From the NCBI RefSeq assembly GCF_026571515.1, contig NW_026867291.1, positions 1 through 64,000 on the forward strand: a stretch of 64,000 nt of DNA, read 5' to 3'. The stretch's first letter is position 1. Each line of letters starts with the position of its first letter. The stretch is from Ruditapes philippinarum (lineage: Eukaryota). Positions 38,341 to 50,940 of the stretch are shown one piece after another. A program made the position numbers and the translations under genes. The notes under the pieces are model-generated. The model saw nothing but the letters and a program-made list of their open reading frames with translations, did no database searches and was not told the DNA's origin.

Positions 38341-40060
38341 ATGAAATATTTACATTTATTGTTTGGTTTGGCTTTTATTTCATGTGTTTTTAATGGTAAG
38401 TACTTAAACGGAACTTATTTCATATGATATTTAATTCTTGGTTATTTTGCCTCGATGATGTTTTAACATTCTTTCTTAATTTAAGTGACTTCAAGATAAG
38501 ATTCTAATTGTTTATTTTTTATATTTTACATGGTGTTCGTATATTGTCTCGCTGAACCAAAACGTTATTGAATGGTGTTTCACATTTTTTTATGCTGATA
38601 TTAGTAACTAAATGCAGTCTCACTATTTTATCCACTTGTGAGTCATAATCATACAGTTGTTAATAAAACAGAACATGGAGATTTACAAACCTCTTTTATT
38701 TTATTAAAGTTGCTTTTCTAAGTAAAAGTCAAAATATAATTTTATTATAATAAGTTTTTTTTTGTATTTGATTTAGAATCGTTCTGTCACAAACATTTAT
38801 TGTTTTACCATCATTATGAAAATATTTTCTAAATGAATTACATTATTATCTTCTAGTATGTTTAATGCTTTATATAGGACATGATTATCAGACTCTTTTT
38901 TTTCAAAATGTCAGCTTAAAAATATATTGAATTGTAATTTCATATCATACTTATTGTTTTAGGGGTAGCATCAATACAATGTAATCAAACTTTAACGGTG
39001 CATCAAACAAACCCAGACGTCTTCTGTGAAGGCTCGTGTGTTAAATCTATAAAGGGTGAAAGTAAGTCACTCATTTTCATTTTTCTTTATATAAAATAAT
39101 TGAATTTATCATATATTTCACGAAAGTTGATAAACTCAAGACGGAATAGCCGTCCTTGTTAAGAGAGGTTTTACACTATCACAACTCATACATGTACTTA
39201 TTCTTTTTCATCTAATATACGTTTTTCTAAATCTCTGACATTTTTTTAAAATAGGTTTAAAACATATCTTGCATTTCAAATAAATATCTTCATAACTCTA
39301 TCATTATGTCATTTTGTTATAATACTTGTCATGCATGTATATTTGTTAAAGGAAATTGTATAAATGATATTTAATATCTAAAAGGAGCGTCTGTCAAGTT
39401 ATAGGATAAAATCTTAACGGAATAGTTGTTATTGTTTAATGATGTTTTGTGTTTGTGTTTCTATATATTGTTAAAGGGATATTGAGGCAAAATAATGACA
39501 AAAATATCAAAATGATCTTTTGTACTCAACTCGCGCTAAATGACATTTTTAAAAGTTTCAGCATGAATTTTTCTTTAAATTCTATTATATTTTGGATTTG
39601 AAACATAAATATATCTATATATGTTTAACAAAATTTAGACACCAATAGAATCACCGAATAGTTTTAAAACAAGTCAGGTGACTTGAACAAATCCTTGAAG
39701 TTACATTAACATATACTAAGGATATTGTATAATTGAAACAAGCCAAATTCATTCATTTGACATGTTCTTTAACGTTTCCAGCGTTCACTGTGACAATTAT
39801 TGTGAAATACTAGCGCTCTAACCTGACCCACGCGGGTCAGGTTAGGAAACCACAATTTTATTCTTTATATGGAGAAAAGTTTTGTTCCTTTGACTGTCTA
39901 ATATATTCATTGCGAGGGAATTTACAGAATTAGGAATGAAAAAATTCAAAACTAAGAAATGAAATGTCTGTGTCTCTCTTTAAGGTCACATATAAAGTTA
40001 AGATATGTTATTTGTTTTCTACGATGTTATATATTCATTTGTTACCTTCTTTAAATAAAG

Positions 40061-40123
<63 letters not shown>

Positions 40124-40561
40124 CATTATCAGGGACACTTGTTGAATCTTCGACAGTTATAAAACAACAATAAGAAGCGCGTTCTTGAATTGGTTCAACT
40201 TCATATTAAGTTTATTCGTTAGCATAGATAGTTTTGTTTCATTTTGAAATTATTGAGTCAAAGAGTAAGATATGAAAACAAAAATCAAAAAGGAAGGGCG
40301 ACCATTTCTGGTTGTATATTCCATGCTGTTTCCTGCTTATCTCGACAATTACTATATGTAATATCTGCAGAATCATTTATATTTTCAGCAGTTTCAATGG
40401 GTTGTTCAAGTGTTAGTCTGATACCAAAATGTGAACGACAAGACGACCTAACAGTGTGTGCGTGCGATTCCGACTACTGCAACAGATCTTCTAAAACACG
40501 GATATTTGAGCCGTTTATATCTTGTATCATATTTCTCCTTGTAGCAATTATTTTAGACTGA
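38341..40561 (+). CDS. Ly6/uPAR (three-finger)-type small protein with signal peptide and probable GPI signal, 108 aa, 3 coding exons
   Basis: Exons 38341-38395, 38963-39061 and 40389-40561 (phase 1/1, GT-AG). Protein: MKYLHLLFGLAFISCVFNGVASIQCNQTLTVHQTNPDVFCEGSCVKSIKGETVSMGCSSVSLIPKCERQDDLTVCACDSDYCNRSSKTRIFEPFISCIIFLLVAIILD. Terminal CxCxxDxCN motif, hydrophobic tail, AATAAA at 40609. Confidence 0.88.
40060..40122. repeat. (AAT)n(ATT)n microsatellite
   Basis: Seen directly, in intron 2 of the Ly6-like gene. Confidence 0.95.
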
Positions 40562-40741
40562 TCCGAGACTTGCGGGTTAAAAAACTATTTGTTTCAATTG
40601 TATCCCAAAATAAAAGTCGATTAGTTGCCAGATTTACTTGATTTTTCTTTGCATCATTCTCAATTGCTTACTATTTCGAATCGAGTCGTGTTCTCGTTAT
40701 TTGTTTGTACTGTCCAAAATGTTTTAGATGCGGTGAAGCTT

Positions 40742-43321
40742 TGTAACACCGCATTAAGGGGCCAATCGCATTCGAAGTTCGTTACGTTCTTTGAGGTTCA
40801 GTCTGGTCCAACATGCAATTGGGGGTTCAAATATCTTACAAAGGTACATATGATTTCAGTCAAACAACCGAATTTAGGGTCATAGAATTTAATAAAAAAT
40901 GAATGCTAGTGAAAAGGAGATATTAAAGCCCGACATTTGAGCACTGTAACGTTGCACTTTGGGTCAAACGCACTTTGGGGTCCGACACCAAAGTGCGGTA
41001 AACTTCACAGCGCAGTTTGGGGTAAAATGGACTTTGGGGTCCAAATCAAGGAATTGACGTTGAAAAGTGCGTTGATATGCTACATATCAACGCCCTTTTG
41101 GTTCCAGAGTTCTGATGGTGTCAACTTAGTTCTGCTTTAATACTGAGTGCTGACTTATTTTTGATCTGCGACACTGAAATATTTGACTTCAAACTGACGG
41201 TCGATACTTATATACATCAACATTTCAAAGTGCATTTAAATGCTGATGTAGCAGTTTTAAAATATGAGTGTGTTGATTCTTAAGTGGTAAGTGTTTTATC
41301 AATTTTACCACTTGAAAATCTAACAATTGCGGCTATAACAAAGTACTATAGTACTTACGAATGTATTCCTTCAAATTCGAAAAATATCCTGTTCTCTCAG
41401 TCATTTACTAGATAACCTATGGTGCCATATTGGACCCCATGTTAAATATGAAGGGGTGTAATAAAATGCAAATATCGTCACTTCAGTGCATTTAAATTTT
41501 TATCTAAATGACATGTAACAAGTAAGTTAGAAATAAATTTATCAAAAATTGAACAAAGTTACGTGACGGTTACGTCAAGCCTTTTTCACATCAGTTAATG
41601 CCTTACAGTAAAATTTTGGATTTCTTCTCGTAAATCCTCATGAATTTGACATTTGTCAGGTACAAGTCATGTTATTTTATGAAAGTAACTGCTACTTAAA
41701 GGAAACTTAAACTTTTCTTAAATATACAATATTATTTTCCGCAACGACTTTCTTTTAATTTGTGGCCATTTTGGACGACGTCCTGAGACTGAAAAATAAA
41801 CTGAAAGGACTAAAATTTGATGTAAACGTTAATTTACAGCACTGTGAATTAAAATAATCTTACATGTTATTTTGGGGAATACTCTAGTTTTTGGAAAAAA
41901 ACGTTTCTGTTTGAGAAACCACCAAAACCGCTGCCATTTTGAAATGAGACGAGATTTTTCCGAAAATTACGAAATATACGTGATTGAAAATAATTCCCGC
42001 AATAAGTGGACACGCACTTCATTTAAATAATTATATACTTATGATCTTGCTCAGCATGGTGAATTCTTATAATATGGCATCCATTTTGGAAACCTTCTTA
42101 AATGTTTCGTTTTTCCAGGAGTGGCAGATTGACACAACCTGAATTCCTTTCAATGCAAGTCTTTTCTACAACATTCAACATAGAAAAAACTATAATTAAT
42201 TCAGAAAGGTTACCTCCGTTCAATATAAATGAAAATAGTGCAAATCCAGATTTTTTATGGGTCCTGAACATATCATATCGTATAAGGAACTGGATTTTAA
42301 TTAGATACATGCAATCTGTACAATTATCGGCACACAATAGTACACATAGTACATGGATATGTTATCTTATGTATTATTACACACAATACACATCATACAT
42401 ATCAATATATCTTATTACTTTAAGGCAAATATCCTATGAGACAAACAATTGAATATAAAACATAATAATGATAATAAATTGCAACCATTAGATATAACAA
42501 ATTAAAATAATCAATAATCTGCTATTGTTAGCCAACTTAATACATTTCGCCTAATTCTGTTCACAATTGGCATCAACTACAAGACTTGATTTTTGATCGT
42601 TCTTATTGATTGACCCCAAAGTGCGGTCGTTTGTCTGATGTCAAAAAATGCATATGTACCAAAGTGTGTTTGACCTCAAAGTGAGGTGTTACAGAGCATA
42701 CGTAGTGGTTAATTACGAATTCGTACTTGCTGAAGGGAGAGAATGCACATTCTGTTTGCTTGGCATTCGGTATCCATCGCTCGATATTCGAGATGCAGTG
42801 TGACATCGGAAATGAACATCTTGCTATTTTGTATTTATATCTCGGCATTCGATATGCATAAAATAGAGAGAAATAAAAAAAATCCATAAGGGCCGCACAA
42901 AACTGACAATTGTGCAGGCTTGATTTGATTTAGCCTGTTCATGGACGAAAATGGAAAGTGCAAGTTACCGTCCATATCTTTAGCACGACATTTGGAATGT
43001 AAACGGAATGCATAGACAGCTCAACATCCTGTTTGTCGAGCTCGAAATTCGGTATGCATATCTCGAAATACTGTTTGCATAGATCGATTTCTTTTGATAA
43101 TTGCTATATCAGAACTTAAACGGTACTAAAAGATATTATTTGTTTCTATAGTAAATATCGACCGTCAATCTTGCATTTCACCTTAAATATGTCAAAGTTG
43201 CCGATCGTAAATAAGTCAGTACTCGGTATTTAAGCAGAACACAGTTAACACTTTCAGAACTTTGGAACCAAGTGCGCGAGTTTAATCTCAAGTTCGTTTG
43301 ACCCTAAAGTGTGGCGTAACA
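40742..43321. mobile_element. Degenerate TIR element(s) with TGT...ACA termini and cactttggggtcaa sub-terminal repeats
   Basis: Left-type ends at 40742 and 40945 (tgtaacgttgcactttgggtcaaacg). Right-type ends at ~42693 (tttgacctcaaagtgaggtgttaca) and 43321 (cgtttgaccctaaagtgtggcgtaaca). No clear TSD. Confidence 0.5.
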
Positions 43322-43973
43322 AAGTTTTCTAACATACAGATTACATTTTTGTATATTATACTATAGATAACCAAAAAAAATAGATAGTTCATTTGATGAT
43401 GTAAAGCCCCGAAAGTAAATGAATATTCAGTAATTCTGGACTTTTAAAGTTTATTAATCTGCACCTCATTCTGTTGTTTTTAATATTTATACTTTGATAC
43501 CAAATGTAATTTAGCAATTAAATATCCAATAACATTGTTTATACTTGTTTGTTTAGGTTCGCTCATTTGTACAAGGTTTTCGTGTGGAAACTTTGAAAAT
43601 GTGTGCTTCTGTATATATGCTTCTTATTATTGATAAAGACCCTTTGTTCGAACAGTCTATTCATAGAATCAGTTAGCAGTAAATCTATTGCGTCAAAGTG
43701 ATCGAAAAAAGATGAAGTGAATGAACAGTTAATACTTGGTGATAATAATAATATGTCATGATGTCTGTGGCAACGTGATTTATAGACGCGTTCCTTTGCT
43801 GTCCATTGCCCGTCTTTATTTTCGTGTTTTATTAATTGTATGTATGTATTCTAGGCTAAATGAGAGTACGTACCCCGGTCATCCTAAAGATTATTATTTG
43901 CCAAAATGTGACTTATAATTTTTTAATTCAGTAATACACTGAATAACACTAAGTGAAATTTCGTAATTTTGTA

Positions 43974-44353
43974 ATAGAAAGAGCATCGAAACACGAGGCT
44001 ATCTTATTTGTACGATGGGGCATAGCCCCCGAGTATTAATCAGATTGCCGAATGTTTTAGCGTTCTTTCTCTTTTGTATCATAGTCAAACATAAAAACAC
44101 GTTCCCTGTTGTCACAATATGAAACCCCAGAAAAAAGTAACCAATGAACGACCATCTGAATATGATATTTTTATCGCTTTCCCTTTCTCTGCCGTCATAA
44201 TAAGTTAACCCCAGCAAAAAAAGACCAATCAATGGGCATGCTCTGGAGTGCGGGTAACTAATATCTGCACTCCAGTTTACGCTCTGTGCATGTATATGTA
44301 TACGATTTAACCCCGACACATTTTCAACAGAAAGGTCCCCAAACTATGATACA
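43974..44353 (+). mobile_element. Dispersed ~380-bp non-autonomous element, copy 1
   Basis: Highly similar to 59961-60342. Contains a gggc(a/g)tagccc hairpin and inverted tgtatcatagt/actatgataca motifs. Confidence 0.85.
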
Positions 44354-44625
44354 TGCACGAGAGGTCAATGAGACCATTGTTTTATCAATTTATTGTGCTT
44401 TAACGATAACATGTTTTCTGATATTAACAACTATGTTAATTATGATCCTATTACTCAAATTACTTCTATGCGCATGTATAATAAATCAAAAGGACATGGA
44501 AATTAATCAATTACATGAAGTATGATGTTATTACTTATGTTTGTTATTATGTTAATTCTTTTTATAATGCCATTTTTAGTACGATTAGCGATTCTACGTA
44601 TTACAGATGTAGGTCAAACATAAGG

Positions 44626-44629
<4 letters not shown>

Positions 44630-44681
<52 letters not shown>

Positions 44682-44708
44682 TGCGTGTGTGTGTGTGCGT
44701 GCATGCGT
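44630..44708. repeat. (TG)n/(TGCG)n microsatellite
   Basis: Seen directly. Confidence 0.95.
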
Positions 44709-45827
44709 TTGATGGGGTATTTAATTCGGCCATTAATATAAAGAAGTAAATGTAATCAACGCGGTTTCCCAACGTAGGCCTAAAATACATTTTTTACACA
44801 TTTCACACAAAGAAGTATTTAAAATTTAATCAATTTAACGAGCGTATTCCTCCCTATAAAAGGAGTAAAGTTAACAAGACATGTACCTTTGTTGTAACAA
44901 AAATGTCTGACATTGTCGCACCCTAAAGGATCCTTTCGAGAAGTGTACCAAAGAGGAGCTTTATTCGATGAATTGCACACAATGTATTGTGAAGCACTAT
45001 ATGGCGATAAGCATGCATATCGTCGAATAGAGCCCTCGTGATCAAAATGATGATAATAAAAAAAATAACAACAGAACTTGTCACTGACGATAGAAATATA
45101 TGCAAAAAAGGGAGGCAATTCCTCGCGTGGTGCTTAACCATTGTCAAATGGTTCCCTGTATGATCACGGACGTGGTTTCAACTTCTAGCTTATTTAATTA
45201 TTTCATACAAAGCATATACTATGATTGTTTTAGGTTAGAATGTTTTGATAAAAAAAACTTATGATTGTGATTTAACTCATGTTATCAAAAAGCAGAAATT
45301 ATCGGGTCGTTAAAGATCGTTATTTCAGTACGTTTAAAGGATTTGTAACAAAAATCTAATTCATGACTTAGCAGACGGACAGACAATAAAACCAAAATAG
45401 ACATATGTTGTCATAAAACTAAGAATATATCAGAATTAACAACCTAAAATGTTATAACTTTTCGTAATGGCTGACAGAGAGAGACGGATTTATACCACCA
45501 TGTAGACAAGCAGAGAGACAAATAGTAATCTAATCGAATAGACACAGACAAACAGGCGGGTTGACGGATAGACAAAGAGAAAACCAGATTAATATTGTAT
45601 CGAAATGTTATATCTATTATTTCTATCCTTCAAAAAGCAACATCTTCTCCGAATTCCTTATCGCAATTTGGATTCAAAGAAAAGTCCGAATACGAATACA
45701 GATCCCCGAGTGAGGAACTAAAGTTTTGTTCTTGTTGTTGACCCGGCTAACTGTAATTTACCTACTGCTACTGCTATTGCTACTACTACTGCTTCTACTA
45801 CTACGACTACTGCTAATGCTAATGATA

Positions 45828-47030
45828 CGAGGGGTGATCAAGAATTACGTAGACTGGCTCAATATCTCATTTATTGTTTGACAAACGTACATAAAACTTA
45901 TATCACATGAAAGTACGTTTTATCAACAAACAACATGCAATTTTGATTTACAATATGTTTACATAATTCGGAATAACAAACCATGAAAATGTGTCACTAT
46001 CGCGGTACCGGCCCACGTCGTGAAAAAACTCTTGACGTCAGCGACGTCGCAGCGTCGTAAGTATTGAAGGAAAAGCGTCAACTGGCACATGACATTCACT
46101 CTTTTTCAAAGTACAAGCCAGAACATGCAATGCAACGTTCATGCCTCTTAGGCCACTGAGAGAAGAATATATTCCTGTAATACTCTGCTGGATACTGACG
46201 TATTAGGGTGTTTGTCGCTGACTGTAACTCCTCCAAATTCTCAAAGCGCTGGCCCTTCAGCTGGCGTTTCAAATCTGGGAACACTGAAAAATCAAACGGA
46301 GCAAGGTCCGGGGAATATGGGTGATGAGGCAGGAGTTCAAATCTTATGACACCTATTGTGAGCTGTGTGGAGGCTGCCGTATGCGACGATGCATTATCGT
46401 GATGCAGTACTCAGCGCCCGGATAAAATCTCGATTCAGCACCTGTTAAATTGTGTATTTTATTCAGATGCATGTTCTGTATTATTTTGTGCATCGGCACG
46501 TTAAATAAAATTATATCGTTGCTCGATTTAATTAATGAAATCATGGGAGAAATAGTTTTAAAGGATTAAATTAATTGATAGTATTATTTCAAAATAAATC
46601 TTATAAATAAAACGGTTACAATACGGATACGGATACATGTAACTATTATTGTCATTATTGTTTAATAAATGTATAAATATAGTAAACATTATATTTTACC
46701 TTCGAATAATAGTCTGCATTGATGGTAGTCCCGACTGGCACTGCATGGCATAGAAGCATACCCCTGCAGTCGGCGAACATCATGTACATCTGTTTTCCGG
46801 CAGATCGTCCTACACGGGCTTTCACTGGAGGTGGCGACCCTGCTTGCCTCCAAACAGCAGACTGTGCCTCGGTTTCTGGATCTCTAAAGTATAACCAGGT
46901 CTCATCAGTCGTGATCACATAGTCCGGGTTCGATCTGAAGCGTCGGAGAAATCGCCGGGACTCCTGCACTCGTTTATTCATTTCCACATCTGTCAAGGGG
47001 CAAGGAACCCACCGGGCGTGAACCTGCAAG
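45828..47030 (-). mobile_element. Mariner (Tc1/mariner DD34D) transposon remnant, 5'-truncated, intron-containing
   Basis: Motifs ARWVP, ITTDETW, LHHDNA...H, PYSPDLAPFD (34 residues between the 2nd and 3rd D), C....G.YFEKE*. One TIR, TA|CGAGGGGTGATCAA, at 45826-45842 next to a (CTA)n tract. Frameshift/deletion between RAL and VLHHDNA. Confidence 0.93.
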
Positions 47031-48288
47031 GTTTCAAATGTTTATACTTGATAAGCAAATATTAAGGTATTTTGTAAAATTATTTAAGTTTTTTATACAT
47101 TGTTTATAAATTTGAATTACGCAGCATGTTTGAAACAAATGTGTATCCGCGCATTTTATTGTTTATTGTTTATAATAATGATCATGATAATACAATAGTT
47201 TTATTAGTAAGAAATATGAAAATAAAATAACAATAATAATGTCTTGCGACAGAAGTGAACAGTCAAGAATAGAAGTTAAGTCAATATAGTTGATTTCAAC
47301 ACACTTTCTCATCTCCATACTATGTTGATAGTAAAAACAATACTATCAGCTATTCATTTTAAATATTATACTGTATACCTTGCCTTGACCTAAATATTAT
47401 GATAGTAGGTAAGTATATGCGTTTTATCAAAGTTAAAACGAGAACAATGTGCTGTTTTTTATATTTAAACATAATATATCATAGTATTATTTAATTTGCT
47501 TAGCTATCTATACGCCCGTCACATGTTTTGTTTGTGTTTACTATTTTATTTTTTAATTCTTCGATCTCTATGTAACACAGAAGTTATCTGACCAAAACAG
47601 TATAGAATTGTAAATGTTTTTATTTATCTTTTCTATTTTATTTTCGTAATCATCACCAGGATGTACTTCATGACGGACTTATAAAATGTCTAAATCTGCG
47701 AACAGCTAATTCACTATCTTCTTCTGATAACCTAGTTTAATATTGTATCGATTCATTTAAACAACTCTGTATACAATCAAAAATTAATCTATTTTTATGA
47801 CTCAGCTAAGTGATAAGAAGAATCAACAACATGTCCAGTAATTTTATAATTTGATACAATGGTTAATTTTAATGTCACTAGTAAAATTATTAAAGAAAAA
47901 AAATAATAAGTTCCCATTTTTCATAAAATATTATATGAATACCACTTACAAAAATCAAACTAAAACGAAATTAGAATATCGACTAGTATATCACGTTACT
48001 TCTATTCAGCTCCCCCATGTCACTATAAATTACTACAAATAACAGATGTTGTTTATATAAACACTAATGATAATATAACAATAAAAATAGTTTGCTGCCA
48101 AAATTATGAATAGATTTAAGTTCACGATTCTTTATTTAACATTGTCATACAAATATTTATTTCACTTTGCGTTGTTTACTCTATACCAGAATAGAATGTA
48201 TTTCTTTTGAGGAGAGTCAAGAAGTTTAAAATCAAATCACTGCATGACAATCAAAAAGAAAATACTAGTGCCTGTGAGTGAAAGTCTA

Positions 48289-48495
48289 TTAACCCTTTAC
48301 CTCATATATACACGAAACAACGCTCTTTCGAGCCACCCCCCCCCCCTCTTTTAGGCCTCAAATAGTGAAAAAATGTCCTATTTGGGCCCCAAACACATGT
48401 TTTCGTTTAAGAAATGTTGCTAAAAAAAGTGAACACTTTTTCTGCGCCGCCCCCCATCCAAAAGATACATCAGGGGGTTGCCAGAAGGGGCATGT
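48289..48495 (+). mobile_element. Partial copy of the TTAA-CC(C) MITE seen at 55029-56174
   Basis: TTAACCCTTTACCTCATAT start and shared body (aatagtgaaaaaatg.cctattt.ggccccaaacac). Confidence 0.7.
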
Positions 48496-48670
48496 AGACT
48501 TTGGATTTTTTCATGGGAAGAAACTATCCAAATAGCTTACAGAACGTGGGGGTTCTACTCGGGTGCCTGCTCGTGCCTGAAATAATTCAAGGATTGGCGG
48601 CACCTGAGTATTTCGTCCTCTCCACCAGTCAGGTTAGAATGTCGCTATATGATCTATACTGAGGTGAGTA
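48495..48670 (+). mobile_element. SINE family A, plus-strand copy
   Basis: gactttggatt...gtgcctgaaataat...ccaccagt...atatgatctatactg. Confidence 0.6.
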
Positions 48671-49685
48671 GCGTTGAGTTTTTGGGACACCCCCCCATGC
48701 CCCCCCCCCTTCCAACACTGCCGACACACACAATAAAACCGTTAATTTATATAAATTTCGCTACAAGAAAATTAAGATCGAAACATTTTCTTTCCGTAGT
48801 TTTGGGCAGAATATGGCAGGTGAACATGTAAGTTATTCAGTTCTGTATCAGGTATTTTAACAAGGTAAAATATAAATAGGCGCGAATCGTAGTAAATTTG
48901 CGGATGCGCGTACATTTACTTCTACACCACTGTGAAATAATTATGCATATTTATGTAATAAATGTGTGCGGACGAACGGGCTGTGAAAGTGAAGCGTGAA
49001 GCACCTACTGTTTCGTGGGTTTGTCTCAAAATAATAATGTTTGCTTATCATACAACTACTGTAAAATGTGACAATATTATTTGATTTTATTAACCTGTCA
49101 ATTGCATACTGATTACACGGTCAATGCACATACTATATTAATCTTCGATAAATGATCGGTAAACTTCGTGAGATCGAAAACATTTATAAAAGGCAATGTT
49201 ATTAGTGTAATTTCTGTAAAAAGATTGTTTTCTACTTTTGAAAGAATTTTTTTGCAAAACGAAATAAACGTTACAATATATCATTAACAAAACAAGTCAT
49301 AATTATTTAAGTACACGACGATTTTAAGGCATTTTTACACAAAATAAGATTAGATTTTATACCATTGAGAAACAATAAATTTAATTATGGTTTCGTTTGT
49401 TTTGTTTTTTTCTTTTCTTTGGGTTCCTTGTCAGTTACAAATTATTTATCATTTTGGTAATTGACCTGTCTGTGCTCTGTCATGTGCCCTGTCCTGTTTT
49501 TGTTTGGTATCCGCCTGGGCCTTGTTGCTGGGTCATATGGGGGTTGCGTTCATTGAACGCCACCTTTCCTTGTTGGTCTTGTTTATCATATTTCGTGCAG
49601 TACAAGCATATTTTTCAAAAAGCAACCAGTTACAAAATCCTAGTAAATTATAAACACTGTTATATTTATATGCATATTGTTTCAG

Positions 49686-49953
49686 TGAGCTTTTTACGGA
49701 CTTTAAAGCCGCAGAACGCAGGCTTGTTAACAGACCAGCAGCTGGACAAGCAGATCAGCGGGGACAAAGCCTGCTAATGGACCGCAACCAAAAACCAGCC
49801 GATCACGATCAAGCACGGCCGAAACAGCAGCACCCACATACAGCAGCCGCTCCCAAACGAGACATGTGTGACAATACAGCTGCTGAGCCTTCCTCTTCTG
49901 TGACAACGACGTCAACAGAGAATCCCTCGCAGACGTCGCCGACCGCTAGCTGA
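49686..49953 (+). other. Orphan exon-like segment: open frame ELFTDFKAAERRLVNRPAAG...SPTAS*
   Basis: ttgtttcag acceptor at 49685, GC-rich open frame of ~88 codons to TGA, then AATAAA at ~50083. Upstream exons not securely identified. Confidence 0.4.
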
Positions 49954-50269
49954 ACTAGTCCGGAAAAGTCGTTTTATAACTGTATAATAGATTTGTGAAA
50001 AGGAAAATGGCAAGGCTTTAGAGAGACATTGGCTACGATTCGTCTTAATCTAATTATATGTTGTGCTTTCAAATACTATATTAATAAAAATAATGTCTTG
50101 AAATAATTTGTATTTGCCTTGCTTACAGCTAAACGTGTTTTGAGAAATTTTCCAAATATAATGTATAGTTCACGGTCCGCTCTCCGTGTTTATTGTCGTC
50201 CGCACAACAGATGTATGTGCGAAGTAACCAGTGAACAGTGAGCTAAGCAAAATGGCATGCCAATTCGTA

Positions 50270-50940
50270 TAGGGAAAATAATGTTCTGCCAGAATGTTAA
50301 GCAGGCTAAGCAATTTAGCTAAGTATATAGTAAACATATTCTGCTGGAATGCTTAGCTCGAAGAGAAGTCTAGCGGGGCATTCCAAAATATGCTGTAACA
50401 AATGCTTTGTTAGAAGGCTCAGCTGGCTTGACAATCTTTTAGTGCATTCCTAAATATAGTGTAAAAATACTCTGCTTGAATGCTTAACTGGCTAAGAAAG
50501 CTAGTTGGGCATTTTTAAATATAGTATAAAATTGACCTGCTGAAATGCCGAGCTGGCAGAGCAATCTAGCGGGACATTCTTAAATATAGTGTAATAAATT
50601 TTCTGCCGCAATGCCGAACTTGCAGTGCAATCTAGTGGGGCATTCCTTAAAAAAATGTAAAAATGCTCAGCTGGAATGCTCAGCTGGCATAGCAATCTAG
50701 CAGAGCATGTTTAAATATACAGTCATTAATGCTCTGCAGAAATACAGAGCCGGCAAAGCAATCTTGCACGGCAACTTGAAATATAGTGTAATAAATGTTC
50801 TGCTGGAATGCTCAGCTGGCTATGCAATCTAGCGGAACATTCCTGAAATTAGTGTAAAAATGCTCTGCTAGGATGCTCGGCTGGCAGAGCAATCTAGCAG
50901 AGCATTCTGAAATATAGGGTAAAAGATGCTCTGCTTGAGT
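50270..50940. repeat. ~61-bp tandem repeat, ~11 diverged units
   Basis: Unit approximates gctctgctggaatgctcagctggcagagcaatctagcggggcattcctaaatatagtgtaaaaat. Confidence 0.9.

Noticed and set aside
50270-50940. Regularly spaced repeats resembling a CRISPR array (also 31782-32150 and 13790-14310)
   Set aside because: The whole unit is repeated with no unique spacers, there are no cas genes, and the context is eukaryotic. These are minisatellites.
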